Source: Eledone cirrhosa
Lineage: Eukaryota
Direction of reading: 5' to 3'
Length of the DNA stretch: 64,000 bases
NCBI GenBank assembly: GCA_964016885.1
Contig: OZ024740.1
Span: 372,186,001 to 372,250,000 of the forward strand
Shown here: positions 1 to 15,434 of the stretch, piece after piece
How the letters are laid out: each line of letters opens with the position of its first letter
How positions within the stretch are numbered: the stretch's first letter is position 1
Made by a program: the position numbers and the translations under genes
The notes under the pieces: model-generated
Databases searched by the model: none
What the model saw: only the letters and a program-made list of their open reading frames with translations
Told to the model about the DNA's origin: nothing

Positions 1-104
1 TTCATGCGTCTGAGGAGCAATTAATTCACGAGTCAGGCCCAATAATGAACGATCGTACCATGAGTAGATTGATTGTGAAATCTGCCTAACATGAGAATAA
101 AACA

Positions 105-178
105 TGTATAAGATGTCGAATTGATAATTCGTTTCTGCCTGCTTATTATATATAAAATCCATCATCAGCCTTTATACA
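105..178 (-). ncRNA. Degenerate type I hammerhead ribozyme motif
   Basis: The minus strand reads tgtataa-agg CTGATGA tg..ca GAAA cgaatt-atc-aattcg AC atc-ttataca. The core boxes, a 6-bp stem III and a 7-bp distal stem I are present. The cleavage triplet is GAC instead of GUH and stem II is weak. Confidence 0.4.
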
Positions 179-3100
179 CAGTGTTTATACATAGTATATA
201 TATGTCTTATATTGTCTACACATATTCTAAACTACACTCACGCACTTAAAGACCAGCTGTAATAGAAATATGTGTAATCATATGCCCCACGCACACATAG
301 ACTGACATATGTGTAACGAAGTGTCAATATTTGTTTGTATAGGAACTTTATCAATCTTTTGGGATATATATGTGTATGCAACGCATATATCTTCCAATAT
401 GTATATTTTTAAACACTGAAGAATTTGTTAATGAATTTTCAGCATTAATTGTCAGAGGATATTAAAGTCATTTCAAAATTAAGATGATTTAAGTATTACT
501 CAAATTGGCATTTTGACAATTTATCACTCAGCAGTCATTTGAAAACAAAACGTCGTCTCTGCCACCACCTTGTATCTAACAAAGAACTCCATTCAATATT
601 TACGAGAAAATCTATCGGAGTAATCTTTTCTTTGTACAACAATATTGCGAAATTAAATATATAAATGACCGTTTAGTAAATCATTTATTAACGAAGAAAG
701 ACATAAATGACGAATGCAGTGAAGTGTATTGAACATTAAAAAGAAACGCTGTTTTTTTTTATCATGTCCTTTCATAGTTATATTCATCGTCGTACAAAAC
801 TCCACACGTTTTTATACCACTTTGTTTGTTTCCGTTTTTTTAGGAAACTTCGAATATGTCAGTTAGACAGCGAAACATTAAAGGAATTAACAGAAATAAA
901 TATAAATACCCTTTGAAAATATAGCTAATCATTTAAGAATAAATGAATAATTCATACAGCTAACGCACTTAAGTTTGTGTTCAAGAGAATTGTGTTCCGT
1001 AGGATTTTCTTCTGATTTTAGACAGTATTTAATGAGACTAATGTGAAACAATAGAATATGGTGTGGCAGCTACACCTTATCTTATGAGAAATAGATTAAA
1101 ACCAGATTATAGCAATGTTGTAAAGGGACCATGTTGAAGTAATTGTAGAAATATTTTAAGTACTCACCGTGGATAGCAAAATAGAGGTCAAAATAATGAT
1201 GTTACATGTTCATGACGACGGAAGTATGATATATTCCAATCAACTTATTTTCATAACATTGTGGTATCAGACATGAACATTTCTAAATAAGTGTGGATGA
1301 TAGTCGGAATTATAAACGAAGAGCATACCATACCAGAAATGCGCACGTCATAAAATTTTAATTTCAATAATAGAAAGAACTTTTAATTTAGGCATATAAT
1401 AAGCAATTTAGAGGGGAATGGAAAGTCGATTTACTTGATACCCAGTAATTGACTGGTACGGTATTTTATTTTCTCCGACAGGCTGTTGTTAACTTATATA
1501 CTCTTTCTTTTAGTTGAAGCGACGCAAGCCCTTTTGTTCAAGTCTCTAATAATTCTGCTGTTTATGTTATTACTAATAACAACTATAAAAAAGAAAATTA
1601 CATTCCAAGTAAATGACTTTTATTTTATTTTTCACTTTTAAAATCCAATTTCACGCCATTTGAAATCATATTTATTTGAGTCAGAGAAAGAAGAAAAAAT
1701 TAGATTTACAATGACAGATCTATTAATTGAGACTTTTGTGATCTCTGCAAAATGAATTGGGAATTGATGACGAGATGATATTAACTGAGGTGTATTCGTC
1801 ATTGAATATCAAAGTTTTCAGATATAAAGTTAATAGATACAGGCTAAAGGGAAATAATTATTTTTCATTAATTTGAAGAATACATAAGATGCATAGCACA
1901 ATGACAATGATAATTAATAATGATAATAATATCAATGATAACAATGATATATTTTGATGAATATCAATAAAAGAATTTTCCTTTTTTACTGATAGTAAAT
2001 CCTGTTATTATTGACCACCGAGAATACACGCATCTATGAAAGCATTTTACACTTGATAATTACAAACCGGTTTGGGTGTACATATTCAATAGCATGAAGG
2101 AAGTGCAACTACATATACGTCGTAAAAAAAAATGTAGGTTCCCCTCTCCCCTCTCTCTCACTCTGACCACTATCATCCGCTTCATGTGGACCAGAATGGG
2201 GGAGAGAGTAAGAGGTTAGACGGAGCGATACACGATACAATTCTGTATATATATATATATACAAGTGTATATATATATGTATGTGTGTGTGTAGTACGTA
2301 GTAGATCTAATGTTTGGGTTGTCTGTAAAAGAATGAGCACTGTAATTTTGTCTAGATTTTAGAAGCTGGTTATTTACAGTTCACCAATTATTATCAGTAC
2401 AATTCTCCCTCCTTCCTGTTTGCATTTCCATTCTGAGGATTATCTTCTTTGATAGAGTTAATCTCGGACGGACGATGTTTTGGTTTAAAGGAATCATATT
2501 TGTCAGGTTGCCGTTGATGTCCTCATCCTCATTGATTATATGAGCAGTTTTCTTTGATCTTCTTGGAAGTCTACATAGGCATGTCTCAGACTACCGTATT
2601 TTTTAATTACTTTGAAGTCAGTTTGCAGTCTTTTTGTTGAAGTGTTGGATCATTATCCAATGGATATACTATACATGAAATAATCGGTTAGATTTGTAGA
2701 TAATTTAGGTATTTGCGTGAACAGGCCATTTTATATGGCTACCGGTTGATATTGTTTAGCCTGTACTTTATAGCGTGCATTCGTACTTTTTTCATCACTC
2801 CCTCTCCACTCTCTTAGGATATTGACCATTTCTGACTCCACTTCCATTTCCCTTAATGATGTTTAGAGATTTGCTATGATATATCTTTTCTTTTCTTTCG
2901 TTTTAATTTCATATAAGTACTTTTTCTCAGTATAATTAATTCTTAGCTTGTTTTTTTGTTGTTGCTTTTCAACACGTAAAATAAGCACGCCCACACAAAC
3001 GCGCGAGCGCACGTACACACACATTTACAGTCCTACATATACAGAAAGCAACAACGAAATTGCGCCTGTTACTACTAAACATTTTAATAGAACGCGTTGC

Positions 3101-3624
3101 TTTCCACACGAGACAGAAATATCTCATGTATATTTCCTTAGAGATAGGGGCTTTACGATGCAGAAAACATATTTTTAATTAAACTACATAGGCTCCTCAG
3201 TTCACTTAACAGTAGGTTAAACAGGAGTGTTATGACTAATATATTTATTTCTATAATCTTTGTTATCAGAAACATTTTTTCTATTTCATTTGTCTTCAAT
3301 AACACCCTTACCAGCTAAAATATTCTTCAAATAGCAATCTAGAAAAGTAAGGGTGTCAACAATCGATTATATATTATTGGTAAACAAATTATCGATCTGT
3401 ATATTTGTGGGTCCCCGGTGTTCTGATTTTGAAAATAAATATTGTTTCACCAGACATACCCAATTGAAAGGTGTTTCTATTCTCCCTTAGTTCATTGAAT
3501 AATGTCCTTACTCTTTGATGCGCAAGGGTTAAGTACTTCAATAAGAAGTGTAGGTAAATTCCAACAGCTTTACCACATGGCCTTTCTATTGGGTGATCTT
3601 TATTATCTTGTATGTTCTGATCAG

Positions 3625-4050
3625 GGTGGTGGATTGACAGAGTCGTAAGAACGTTAGAGCAAATACGTAGCAGTATTTGCTGTTTCAGTACATTCTGATT
3701 TCAAATCGCACTGAGGTTAATTTAGCCTTTCATCTTTACGGGCTTCGATAAAAATCAGTGCCAGTTAAGTACCGAAGTGGATATAATCGACTTTTCTCAT
3801 CCCATAAAGTACTGGCTTTGTGATAATGTTTGAAGATGGATGGTGGATTTGCAGAATTGGTAGAATGTTTGATAAAATGTCATCACAATATTTGTTTCAG
3901 CACTTTAGATTCTGAGTTAAAATCCCGTAAATCTACGTTGCATTTCACTCATGCAAGATCGCCGAAATAAAGTGACAGCCAAGCACTGGGTATCGATATA
4001 ATTAAGCACCCCTCCAAATTATTTGCATTGTACCTCAATTAGAAATAATT
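3625..4050 (+). mobile_element. Two old, diverged tandem copies of the tRNA-headed SINE family
   Basis: Both units start ggtggtggatt(g/t)(a/g)cag and contain ttctga(g/t)tt(c/a)aaatc and gcctttcatc..gataaaa-like blocks homologous to the young copy at 17972-18160. Confidence 0.6.
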
Positions 4051-5005
4051 ATTTTCATTGTCATTTGAATAATATATCATGGTATATGATACAATCTATT
4101 ATATTGTGAGTACTAACGTGTTGTGTATAATGTCGTACGTGGTAATGTTTGTATTGGTTTGTGATATTTTACATTGACGGTCCACAATCAGTCATTTGTA
4201 TATTTCCAGTGTATTTGAAAAATACTACCTTCGTCGATGGTCGATAAAATAAGTATCAGCCAAGTACACGTATATTTTAATATATTATACTCCTCTCCTA
4301 TTAAGTGTCGCCTTGCACCAGTGTTTAATATCAATCACAGTAATATGAATTCAACTTAGCTTTCAATCATTCAGAGATCGATAAAGTAAATTTCCAGTTA
4401 TATGGAAGTTGTTATAATGGTCTGTACTTTTACTTCATATTTGGAAGCATCGTATTTATTTTTATTACAAAGACAACAAAATTGATGAATATTTACATAG
4501 TGATACATTGTAGTTATAGTGCAAGATAAATAGAAGTTTGCACTTAATAAATGATGATGGTGATTATGATGATGATGATAATGTTATTGATAATGTTGAT
4601 GGTGTCCACAAAACCAATGAAACAACAATAATTAATATTTACTTCACCGCTACTTACTCTGTCATCTCCCTAGGTTGTAAAGCTCAGGTGACATCAATGC
4701 AGATTCAACTCCGAATTTAAAGGATAATAATATAACACTAGACATGTTTCTCGCCATTTAAAATTTTGTTGTTACGCTTAGATTATATGTTGCTAATGAT
4801 GTAAAGCACGATAAAACACGTGTCAGGTACCACTAAAGATCAGTCAAACTTCATACTGCTTCCCTTTAATTAAAATTCACCTGCGTTTCTGACTGGAATA
4901 TATTTATTAAAATGTGTCATTATCACTAAAGGTAACTTACTACACCACGTATTGAAGCGTTTAATTTTATAATACATTTTCGTCTGCATTCCATCAACTT
5001 CGTTT

Positions 5006-5185
5006 AATAACTGTTTCTACTTTTGGCACAAGGCCAGCAATTACTCTAGTGCATTACTGGTACTTTATTTTATCGACCCCGTAAGGATGAACGGCAAAGT
5101 TAATCTCTGTGGGATTTGAACTCAGAACATAAAAGGCCATAACTCTATGCTGCAAAGCCTGCTGTCCGACGCTCTATTGGCACAA
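5006..5185 (-). mobile_element. tRNA-headed SINE copy
   Basis: Reverse complement of the family consensus: tgtttctacttttggcacaaggccagcaatt...tttatcgaccccgtaaggatgaa...gggatttgaactcaga. Confidence 0.8.
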
Positions 5186-6089
5186 CCATTTTGGTCTATT
5201 TTATAGGCATTGGAACAGTAAAAGGTGAAGTCAACACTCAGGAAATTTGAATTCCACGACCTAAATAGGTATTTTGTTTGCTGTTCTAATGAGTTTAACA
5301 TATGCAATCAATACAAAAACCTATAATATAAATAGCTGTTCCCCCAGCATGATCAAAACTCAGACCAATAAAGGTGTTTTATGACTTTTGGCTGCGTGAC
5401 CAAATGTCTCTTTTGTAAGAATAGAGAGTTACTTAAAATGAAAAATAAAACCTATTAAAAACTCTTTACTATATTACCTACGAAATCATATAAGTGATAT
5501 ACTGCCTTCTGTTATTAGAATGTTTCGAGAAACCTGTAAGCTAATGTTGTATTTATGACTTTAAACAAAACATATCAGTGTTCTAAGAGACGTAATTAGG
5601 TTACAAATAATAAAGTCTTCCTTTTAGCGGTCTTCAATTTATAACACTGAAAGATGAAAGTAAATACTGGGAAATTATTTACTCCAGGGCCCCATGTTTT
5701 ATGCTACGCCACCGACCTGAGACTTGATTACATTGACGATTGATTATATTTATTTTGATGCTAACAATGATGATGACGATACTGATAATGTTCATGGTGA
5801 TGATGATAGTTATGATGGTGAGCTTAACAAATCTGATAATAAATACGCCTATTGACAACAAACCACTAAGTTGAATACTAATTTTGTTAATTCTGGAGTA
5901 ATGAAAATCAGCCGAGTATAACCTCTTTCATATTCAACACACAGAAAGAAATAACAATAATATTACTATATAAATAATATTAAATTCAGTTTTATTGTTC
6001 TGTATATGGAAAATTTTATAAACACGATTAATGACCGCAACTAAAACGAATGGGTATATAATCACAAAACAAAGTAATGTTAAATCTCC

Positions 6090-7560
6090 TTCAGGTTAAC
6101 AGAGGCGGAAAAGAGAGCTATTCAAATTACAGGAAAATGAGTTTATTTTGATGAAAATGCACACATTCCTCTGCAAAACAATGTCAACCAAATAGTATGC
6201 AGCATGGTTTCAAAATACAGCATACATGAATGCTTTTCACTATACTATTCACCGACATTGTCATAAAGCATATAACCAACAAAGAAATACTTCTTCCTGT
6301 AAATAAATATCAGCCTTATTCCTATGCAAGGAATATATACTGGACTCCACATACAAAATGTAAATAGCATTAAGAGAAAATAATGTAAATGCGGTAGAAA
6401 AATTATGAGTTGACCACATTATGGAAAACACCTTACATATAGTTGCACAGTGCTATGAACTAAAATCCGCATTGCACATAAAAAGGTGGTGAGAGATGTG
6501 CAGAAGTATATAGAATACGATTAATCTGGGACTAGAAAAGATTTTAAAGTGTATCAATGCTGACTGAAATAGAGTTATCGTCTTTACAAACAATACATCT
6601 CCAATAATATCCTAAGAGTATCATAAGATAGACAGATAGGAAAATAAATAGCAGATTGAAATGCACAAAAAGGAAAGTGATGAGCAGTGTCACAGATATC
6701 ACTAAACAAAAATATAAAAGATATATCGTTGTTTATATGACAAAAGAAACAGTTTTACTTGTAACGCTGTTAAATGAAAACTACTGAATAACAAAAACGG
6801 TTGTTGAAGACTGGTAAAGGAAATTTTCCCAAAATCAGAGAAAATCAACATGAGAATGAAAGTACATAAGTTGCAAAATATTGGAAGAAATATAAACTAA
6901 AGCTTGGAGAAATTTCAACAATAAAGAACTTGGTGTAAGAAATACAGACAAAACTAAAAGAGATCAAAAGATAGAGAGAAATATTAACACTTGAAACAAA
7001 ATCAGCTATTTGATACCCAACAGAAAATATTCCACCGAGAGCTAAATCAAAAGAACAGAATAGGACTAAGCTTGCTGAACAAATTAGATCGCGTGACACA
7101 TAGACAAACCTCAGATTCCCCATTGAGTAGTTGCATAATAGAAAAGCGTGTGTAGTAAAAGGAAACGGAAAGTGCTGCCAATGCAACCTGAAAAGCTTAA
7201 CGAGAAAGAAAACGAAGCTCTTATGGGGATTTTAATATACGTAATCAAATAACACAATGCATTTATAACCATAAAGAAAGAAAAGTAATATATGATTGGC
7301 ATTAGCTATTCTGGAAAACAGCAGAGGGAAAAAAGAAGATGAAACTTAAGAAATGCAATCAGTTTAATGGTAAAATGAAAATAATACATGGTGTGAAAAA
7401 TATTGAAATAATTTGAATGATAATTTGGATATTTCGTGAAGCTAGCAAAAGTTTGAAGCAATGCAACATTTTAAATACGTTTGGAATTCGTCCAAAGTTT
7501 CTTCGTGCAGCCAGAAAGATGAAAATATTGCAATGTTTAAACTGTGATTTGGTTTTAGAT
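6090..7560 (+). pseudogene. Highly decayed R4/Dong-like RT-REL retrotransposon remnant
   Basis: Broken-frame motifs occur in the same order as in the Dong copies at 32-50 kb: AW..KAY-like (about 6200), GLEK (6529), ET....Q (about 6990-7020), then LWDFNI, MI.IA and EK..E.L.K-like REL segments (7200-7450). There are many stops and indels. Confidence 0.45.
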
Positions 7561-8789
7561 TTAAAATAAAGGATAATCACTAGAACAAATAACGCCCGAG
7601 TCTATGTAAAAAATATTCAAAATAGTTACCAGGAATATATTACTGGACCATGAGACAGACAAACAAGTTAGGTGAGCATAAAAATTGTAAATTCTTGAGA
7701 TAAAATCATGAACAGTCAGGAAAAACGAAGAATAAGGTGACAGTGCTTCAAAGAGTGAAGCTGCCTTACAAATACACACGCACGCACACACACACGCACA
7801 CACACGCATATACAGACACATACAGACAGACACACATACACACATATACACACACACACTCATACACAAAGGCATCTCCACCTATATATATGTGTGCGCG
7901 CGCGTGTGTGTGTGTAAGGTAGCTTGACACTTTGAATCACTGCCACCGTCTTCTTTGTTCAACCCTCTCCATTATTTTCTCGAATGTATATACAAGTCTT
8001 ATGCTCGTGTTTCTCTGTCACACGGCCCATTTCGATATTTTTCGCATTGACTCAAACGATACTATTTCTACTGAGTATCCTAGTGAACTTGACTGAGTTA
8101 AAACCATGCGACCTGATATGATAGATTAACATCTGGATACAGTGCGGTGACTTGGCCTGTACCCAATAAGTGAAAACTTGAAAATGGATATATAAGCATA
8201 CACGTTTTCTGTTAGACTTATAACGATCAATAAATACCGTTAGCTCCTTCAACATTCAGCAGATGAAAATCTGTCATTTTAAATTCAGAAAATATGCCAA
8301 AATTATTGGTTAAATGTAAGCATTAAGTTAGGGAATATAACAACGTTAGTTTATCTTGAAATAAAACGTTATATCATCAGAAATCTTAAAGGGTAATGTT
8401 ACTGAAATAATTACAGCGGAAGAGATACATAAATGTGACACTGCTACATGAGAAGTCAACGTTTTCGGAAATTGCCAGGTAACTATAACCATAACATCTT
8501 TTGACATCTACCTCGCAGAAACGTAGATAAGATCTGAATACATATATTCTGACAAATATATCTAGCCAAAGATCTACATTCATAGAGGAAGATTATGTAA
8601 TATTCCTGACATTCTCAAAGACAATGACAGTGTAATCTTAATGAAATTGCTTCAACCAGGAATCGAGACTTTACTGAGAATATACTTTTTAAATTTGATA
8701 TACGTGCAATGGGTTCCTTCATAAGTTGACGATTCAAATCTGTTGCGTTTGTATTTTATTTGCTTATATTCATTTTTAATAACTACAAA

Positions 8790-8968
<179 letters not shown>

Positions 8969-9491
8969 GAAACTTACAGATGGCCACTCGTGCAGAATTG
9001 CCACTGACCCATATATTTTTGCTGAGGCTGGGTGTGTGACGATGATCACAACCTTAAACATTCATAGTGAAAGGCCTTCAAATGTTTCTAATAAACATCC
9101 CGTATATTATTCAATATACAATACTTACATTCACATGTATTCATCAGTATGTCGGAGCACCAATACAAATATGTATCTATATATATAAAACTGATGTTGT
9201 CTGTGTGTGTCCTCATTTTTGCAAAGTCTATACAAATCCACATTTCTACTCTGATTGACTTCAAACTTGCATTTATATAATCCTTGCGGTCTCAAGATAT
9301 TAACTGCAGCTTTATTTTTCAATTTTCTGTTGTTAAAGGGGTGTTAGGCGCCGGTTATCCGTCTCCGTCGAGCTCTTATAATATCTGCCTGTATGTCTGG
9401 CTGTCTGCATAATGACATTCTGACGAACACGTCATTGCTGACGTATTATCTTCGCTACATTCTCACACACACATATATATATATACTTATA

Positions 9492-9586
<95 letters not shown>

Positions 9587-9590
<4 letters not shown>

Positions 9591-10084
9591 GATAGGGATA
9601 AACACTGATACAAGTATACATGTGTTCGCATTGCAAATGACCAAGTTAGCTGCTATTTTTAGCAGCACGAGTATGGGACGAGCTAAGCGCTGTGACACAT
9701 GTGCGTTCAAAAACACATTTCTCTCAGTCTTCTTAAGTATTTTGAAGTGAAACACCAATTTCTGGATACCCGTAGAAGAGCACAGGAATAAACTTTCACT
9801 TAATTGTTGCGAAAAAATTTAAAATTTGGCCGGGTATCACGGCTATTGCCAATATAGGTTTGTTATTTTTATTGATTTATTATTTTAAATCGAGACAGGC
9901 AAACCGTATTATTTTAATTAATATTTTTCAATCTAGCTAACTTGGTCATTTGTAATGCGAACACATGTATACTTGTTTCAGTGTTCATCCCTATCATATA
10001 TTCATTTATATTACATGGCTTGGAAATATTCCCTTCTTTGAGCTATTTAATTGTAAAAGACTATTTTGAGTTTATAACTCTCTA

Positions 10085-10085
<1 letters not shown>
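9587..10085 (+). mobile_element. (TA)n-embedded inverted-repeat module with a decayed hammerhead (probable Penelope-like pLTR remnant)
   Basis: A 65-bp inverted repeat (9587-9651 / 9935-9999) encloses gatacccg TAGAAGA gca..tgc GAAA aaattt..aattt ggc cgggtatc (9765-9838). (TA)n flanks both sides. Confidence 0.5.
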
Positions 10086-10864
<779 letters not shown>

Positions 10865-11209
10865 ATCAGAACAGATTAAAGTTTAAGCAAAGAATCGCTG
10901 CTTTCAATATTAACGGGATCTTCTGAAACTAAAAAATTCAATCTGTGAACGTAGAAGTAAATATTTCGAAGGAAAACAGGAAGACGATATTTTGGTTCAT
11001 GAAGACGTTCCCTGGCATTTTACGGAAAAAAGCGAGGATAATACGTCGTTATGTGGATCGAGAAGAACAATTTCATGCAAAGACAAGACCAAGTTTATGG
11101 TATAAATGAAGTCGTTAGACTAATGTTCTATTTAAAATAACCGAATGATTTCCAGCCCCTGAGTTTAAAAATGATGTAAATAAAATTGTAAACGAAAATA
11201 AAGAGGTTA

Positions 11210-11767
11210 TTAAAATAGTAAAAGTAAATAGTGAAGATTTAGGCCAGTACATACGTATGCGCCGACGGACATACACATACATATACATACGCACACACAA
11301 ATACATACACACACACACACGCGCGTATGTGTAAACCTTATGCATTTCTACAGTATTTTCACCAAACTTCAGACATAGGTTACTTACGTACTCCGGATGG
11401 TCATGGGCACTTTCATTTTTCCAGATATTGATTATAGGGCCTCCCGGCAGATAACCACCTTTAACCGCTTCCTTGGAGTCGACTGAAGCACTGCAGTTCA
11501 ATGCAACAAAACGTCATAACTTCTGGAGTTCGCAACCGATTTTCACAGAACTTGACACATGGGCTACGTTTGTTCTACAGATGAATGTGAACTCACTCTC
11601 AGAATTGGCACATATTGAGTAGGGGACCCCTGGGGACAGGAACCCCCTTTTGGAAAAAGCCGATGATTTTGTAAAAGTATAGTTTTCGAAGCAGCACTGA
11701 AGTATTGACATAAATGGTATACGTAACTGCTATTTAATACCCGAGCAACGCCGAGTACCTCTGCTAG
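11210..11767 (+). mobile_element. Non-autonomous Helitron-like element (5' end uncertain)
   Basis: The 3' end has an imperfect GC hairpin, cccgagcaacgccgag (11740-11755), about 8 nt before CTAG|T (11764-11767). This is the canonical Helitron terminus. An internal repeated unit gatttt/tattttcac(a/c)(g/a)aactt is present. Confidence 0.55.
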
Positions 11768-12189
11768 TATATATATATATATATAGAGAGAGAGCAATCC
11801 AATTTGACTTGGGGATACATTTTCCGAATTATTGTAGTTAGAAAATGAAGTTACTCCATCAACGTAGCTTCGCTCTTGCATGGAACTGTAGATCTAAATC
11901 ACTGATACAACCGTACCCACTGAAATTATATAATATATTTAGTACTGCCAATGTAATAAATAATACTCTGAATCTATGTCTCGTCTGTTCTTGTACTTGT
12001 CATTAATGTGAATGTGCAACTTTTACATAATTTTTACAAAATTGTAAATAATATCTAAATGAAATCGCTAATTAATATTTAATAAATAATATAATATATA
12101 CTATGTATAAATAAATGTTATATATTTTTTTTATGTTACAATATATATATGTAATATGTATCATTTGATACTATTATATCATCTCTACT

Positions 12190-12278
12190 ACCCCCACTGT
12201 CTCCTTAGGCTCCAGCGCCCCATGGATCTTCTCAATGCCCCACCGGGGTTGGTAGCGACGACTTTGAGAACATGTGGA
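12190..12278 (-). mobile_element. Possible hAT-type MITE terminus
   Basis: The minus strand begins cacatgttctcaaagtcgtcgctaccaaccccggtggggc, resembling CAGTGGTTCTCAAA hAT/Charlie TIRs with GC-rich subterminal sequence. The partner end was not found. Confidence 0.3.
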
Positions 12279-12710
12279 CGAAAGAATGTATAAATATAAG
12301 CAGACAGAAGAGTAGTACTTGGTTCACGTTGCATTCTGTTGACAGTTTTATGCCATGTTGTTTCCACAGGGGGGTGATTGAGATTTCCGAAAGCGACCAC
12401 AGCAGACTGGATTCGGCGATCTATCTCCGCATCTACGCTGCTGTCAAATGGAATTGCATTGCTAAAGTAGGCAAATTATTCATTACATTCAAATGTTATT
12501 TTCTGATCAGGCTGATCAGACGTTTATGTTCTGGCATTCCTAGGCCGGGCAGACACAATAACTTACTCTCACATTCACTGTTGCAGGAATGAGTTCTCAG
12601 TAACATAGTAGGAGTTTATATTAACTTGTTTCACTGGATTCTCACCTGGATGACCCTATGAGTAGAGAGGAAAGACTTCAGAGAAATACGACTCAAACAA
12701 ATTTGTAGTT

Positions 12711-12784
<74 letters not shown>

Positions 12785-13584
12785 TCACATACCAACAAAA
12801 GAAAGCACCTTCTCGCCCCTACTGCCTACATCCTCCACACAACTACCACACGGACTCCCAAGCAACAAATATAGTAATAGAGAAACATCAGCTACAAGAT
12901 AGACACTACAACCTCTCTCCTACAATGAGAAACCATAACACCCCCAACACTTACAACCCTCTAACATCCCCACACAACAAACCCACAACCATCATTACTT
13001 CCAACATAGAACCCAAAATAAACAACTACCTCACATGTCACACAAGGCCTCACAACAACACACCAGCTATAAGGAAACCCTAATCTACCCTCCCCCACTA
13101 ACCACACCCTACAACAACACCAGCAGGGGAAAATACAACCACACGAGACACCCTAACCACTACAACCACGATAGCTACACACCATATAACAGCAACAACA
13201 GGACTTAATATGAACACACAAGACAACCCTACTACAACTACCACCAAGTCTACACACCCTACAACAACAGCAGTGCTCAACACAACCACACGATACCACC
13301 CAACTTCAACAACCACCACAACTTAACACCCTATAACCACGTCCATCAAATCTACACACCCTACAACAACATCAGCAGGGCTCAATACAACCACACGATA
13401 CAACCTAAACTCAACAAACACCACAGCTACACACCATCTTACAACAACAGCAGGAGCCAATACAACTATAAGAGACATCCAAACTTCAACAGCCATTACA
13501 ACTTCCGTAATCATTTTTTAGACACAGCACACAGACACAGGATTGCAAGATAACACAAAACACACAGGAGACACAAAATGCAAT

Positions 13585-14613
13585 AAGAATTGTCAATTTA
13601 ACCTCTAAAGAATTAACAACAGACCAAATCAACATACTCTCCAAAGGTCTAAAATTTACACCAACTCCCCAACAACCAAACTACGTCGAAATGAAGGAAG
13701 ATATTGCAGAATTCTGTAGAAAACTAAGACTCAGCGAACAACTATACGACAAATACAATGAGGATGACTCAATATCCAGAAATAGAAGCAACTACACCCC
13801 ACCAAAAGGAAAGAATAAATTCCTCGATCAATTCTGCGAACACATTACTAATTACCCATACCACCACCTACACAGACATAAACAAAAACCAAACCTAAGC
13901 AAAAAAGAATGAAATGGTCTTAACAGTCTAAAAAACGACAAAACCCTAACAATCAAAGAGGCAGATAAAGGGAGTGCAGTAGTCCTTATGGAGACAGATT
14001 ATTACATAACTCTAGTACTCTCAACTCTAGAAAACCAAACATATTATGAAAAGGCCCAACACTACACACAACAGAAAACAATGAGAAACCTAAAATCCCT
14101 AACAACCCTTTACAAAGAAGGCCTTACAGACAAGGAATACAACTACATCACCAATTTCGAAAGCAGAACCAGCCTCTTCTACGGTATCCCCAAGACACAC
14201 AAAAGCGAAGTAATAGGCAGGGCCTGCAAGCAATCCACAGACGTTTACATCAATATATCCCCTCCTGATTACCTTAAATTAAGACCTGTAATAGCAGGCC
14301 CCACATGTTAAACCCACCGCCTAAGCAACTTCCTAGATATTCTGCTTAAACCTTTCCTAAAACATATAAAAAGCTTCATAAGGGACGACCTTGACATGCT
14401 CAACCACCTCCCTACAACACTCAATAACGAACATACCCTACTAGTAACCTTTGATGTCATCAATTTACATTCCAATATCCCACACAACCTAGGTATAGAG
14501 GCAATACAATTCTGGCTTGAAAATTTCCCTAGTGAACTTCCACAGCGCATCCCTAAAGAATTTGTGTTGGAGGGACTCCAATTCATCTTGGAAAACAATT
14601 TCTTCGAATTCAA
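13585..14613 (+). pseudogene. Penelope-like reverse transcriptase fragment
   Basis: Motifs VNLTS..LSKGLKFTPTP, TIKEADKGSAVV, FYGIPKTHK, LRPVIAG, LVTFDVINLHSNIPH and ILENNFFEFN. In-frame stops at 13910 and 14309. Truncated before the YxDD motif. Confidence 0.9.
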
Positions 14614-14705
14614 TGTCTTTTCACTTCTTAAACCTTGTTTGTAAATAACATTATTCTTTCTGCACCTTCTGTTTAACATGTGCGACACCTCACTAATACA
14701 TTTCA

Positions 14706-14747
14706 CTATCATTTGATGATGCATATAAATGCTGAAACCGGTAATAG
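14706..14747 (+). ncRNA. Decayed minimal hammerhead motif in the PLE 3' end
   Basis: ctat-cat TTGATGA t gcat-ataa-atgc t GAAA ccgg TA atag. It has a palindromic stem III, a C3U change and a short stem I. Confidence 0.5.
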
Positions 14748-15434
14748 ACAATAATTAAATATCTAAATAGATAAATAAATGCCATTGTTAAATCATAAAT
14801 AAATCAACTAATACCTTAACACTTCACACAAAGTAAAACATTTCGTTTTAATCATTTTCTAACCCAGAAAAAAGAGAGAGAGAAACAAAAAGGGGAAACA
14901 AATTTTTTTTTCTTCCTCATAATCGTCTCTTTCTCCCTGTTTTCATATATATATATGCATTGGCAGACTGGCCAGGTTGCCCAATGGCAAATGGGCCCCA
15001 GGGGGCCCACGGTAGTATTGAAAGGCACACAGTAGCATTGCAGGGCCCACTGAAGTATTTTAAGGGCCAATGCTTTGATTAACAAAAAAATAGCCGAAGT
15101 CTAAGAGAAAGAATAACTCTTTTAAAAAAATAAATAAAACAATTAAGGAAAGTATTTTGTCAACCAATTCCCCGGGGAATCAATAGAAACCAAAATATAT
15201 GATAGTGCAAATAGCTGGAATCAGTGGTTGTACATTCTAGTAAATCTAAAGCTTAGTTTATTCATTCATGCATGCAAACATACGTATATATATATATATA
15301 CACACACACGCAACCATATATACTTACATATACACATGAACTACTGACCAAATAATGTTTGGTATGAATGGGTTAAAAACGTCTGTCAAATCAATTAGTG
15401 GTGAAGGTGATGTATATAGATATATATATTGAAA

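Larger units (their letters stand above)
12782..14850 (+). mobile_element. Penelope-like element (Neptune-type), internally deleted
   Basis: Starts after (TA)n with an ACA-rich low-complexity 5' region, followed by the RT N-half, then an abrupt switch to a 3' UTR carrying a hammerhead-like motif. Confidence 0.85.

Noticed and set aside
1163-1225. Possible signal-peptide first exon on the minus strand (NIIILTSILLST|GTGAGT)
   Set aside because: There is an in-frame stop immediately upstream, no ATG, and no downstream exons identified.
8410-8485. Possible internal exon (ttacag..ccag|gtaact)
   Set aside because: Splice-like signals alone, with no recognisable protein similarity.
12640-12686. 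Hammerhead-like ttctc..ctggatga..gaaa..gagaa upstream of the PLE
   Set aside because: The core has an insertion and stems II/III are poor; too degenerate to call. Similar weak traces at about 22840-22890 (-), 23650-23690 and 55210-55255 (-) were also not called.
13098-13514. Val-rich minus-strand ORFs or a mucin-like Thr-rich gene
   Set aside because: Degenerate ACA-rich tandem repeats within the PLE 5' region, with frames interrupted by stops.
14958-15075. GC-rich gggccc-repeat patch resembling a hAT MITE end
   Set aside because: No matching second terminus or TSD could be identified.
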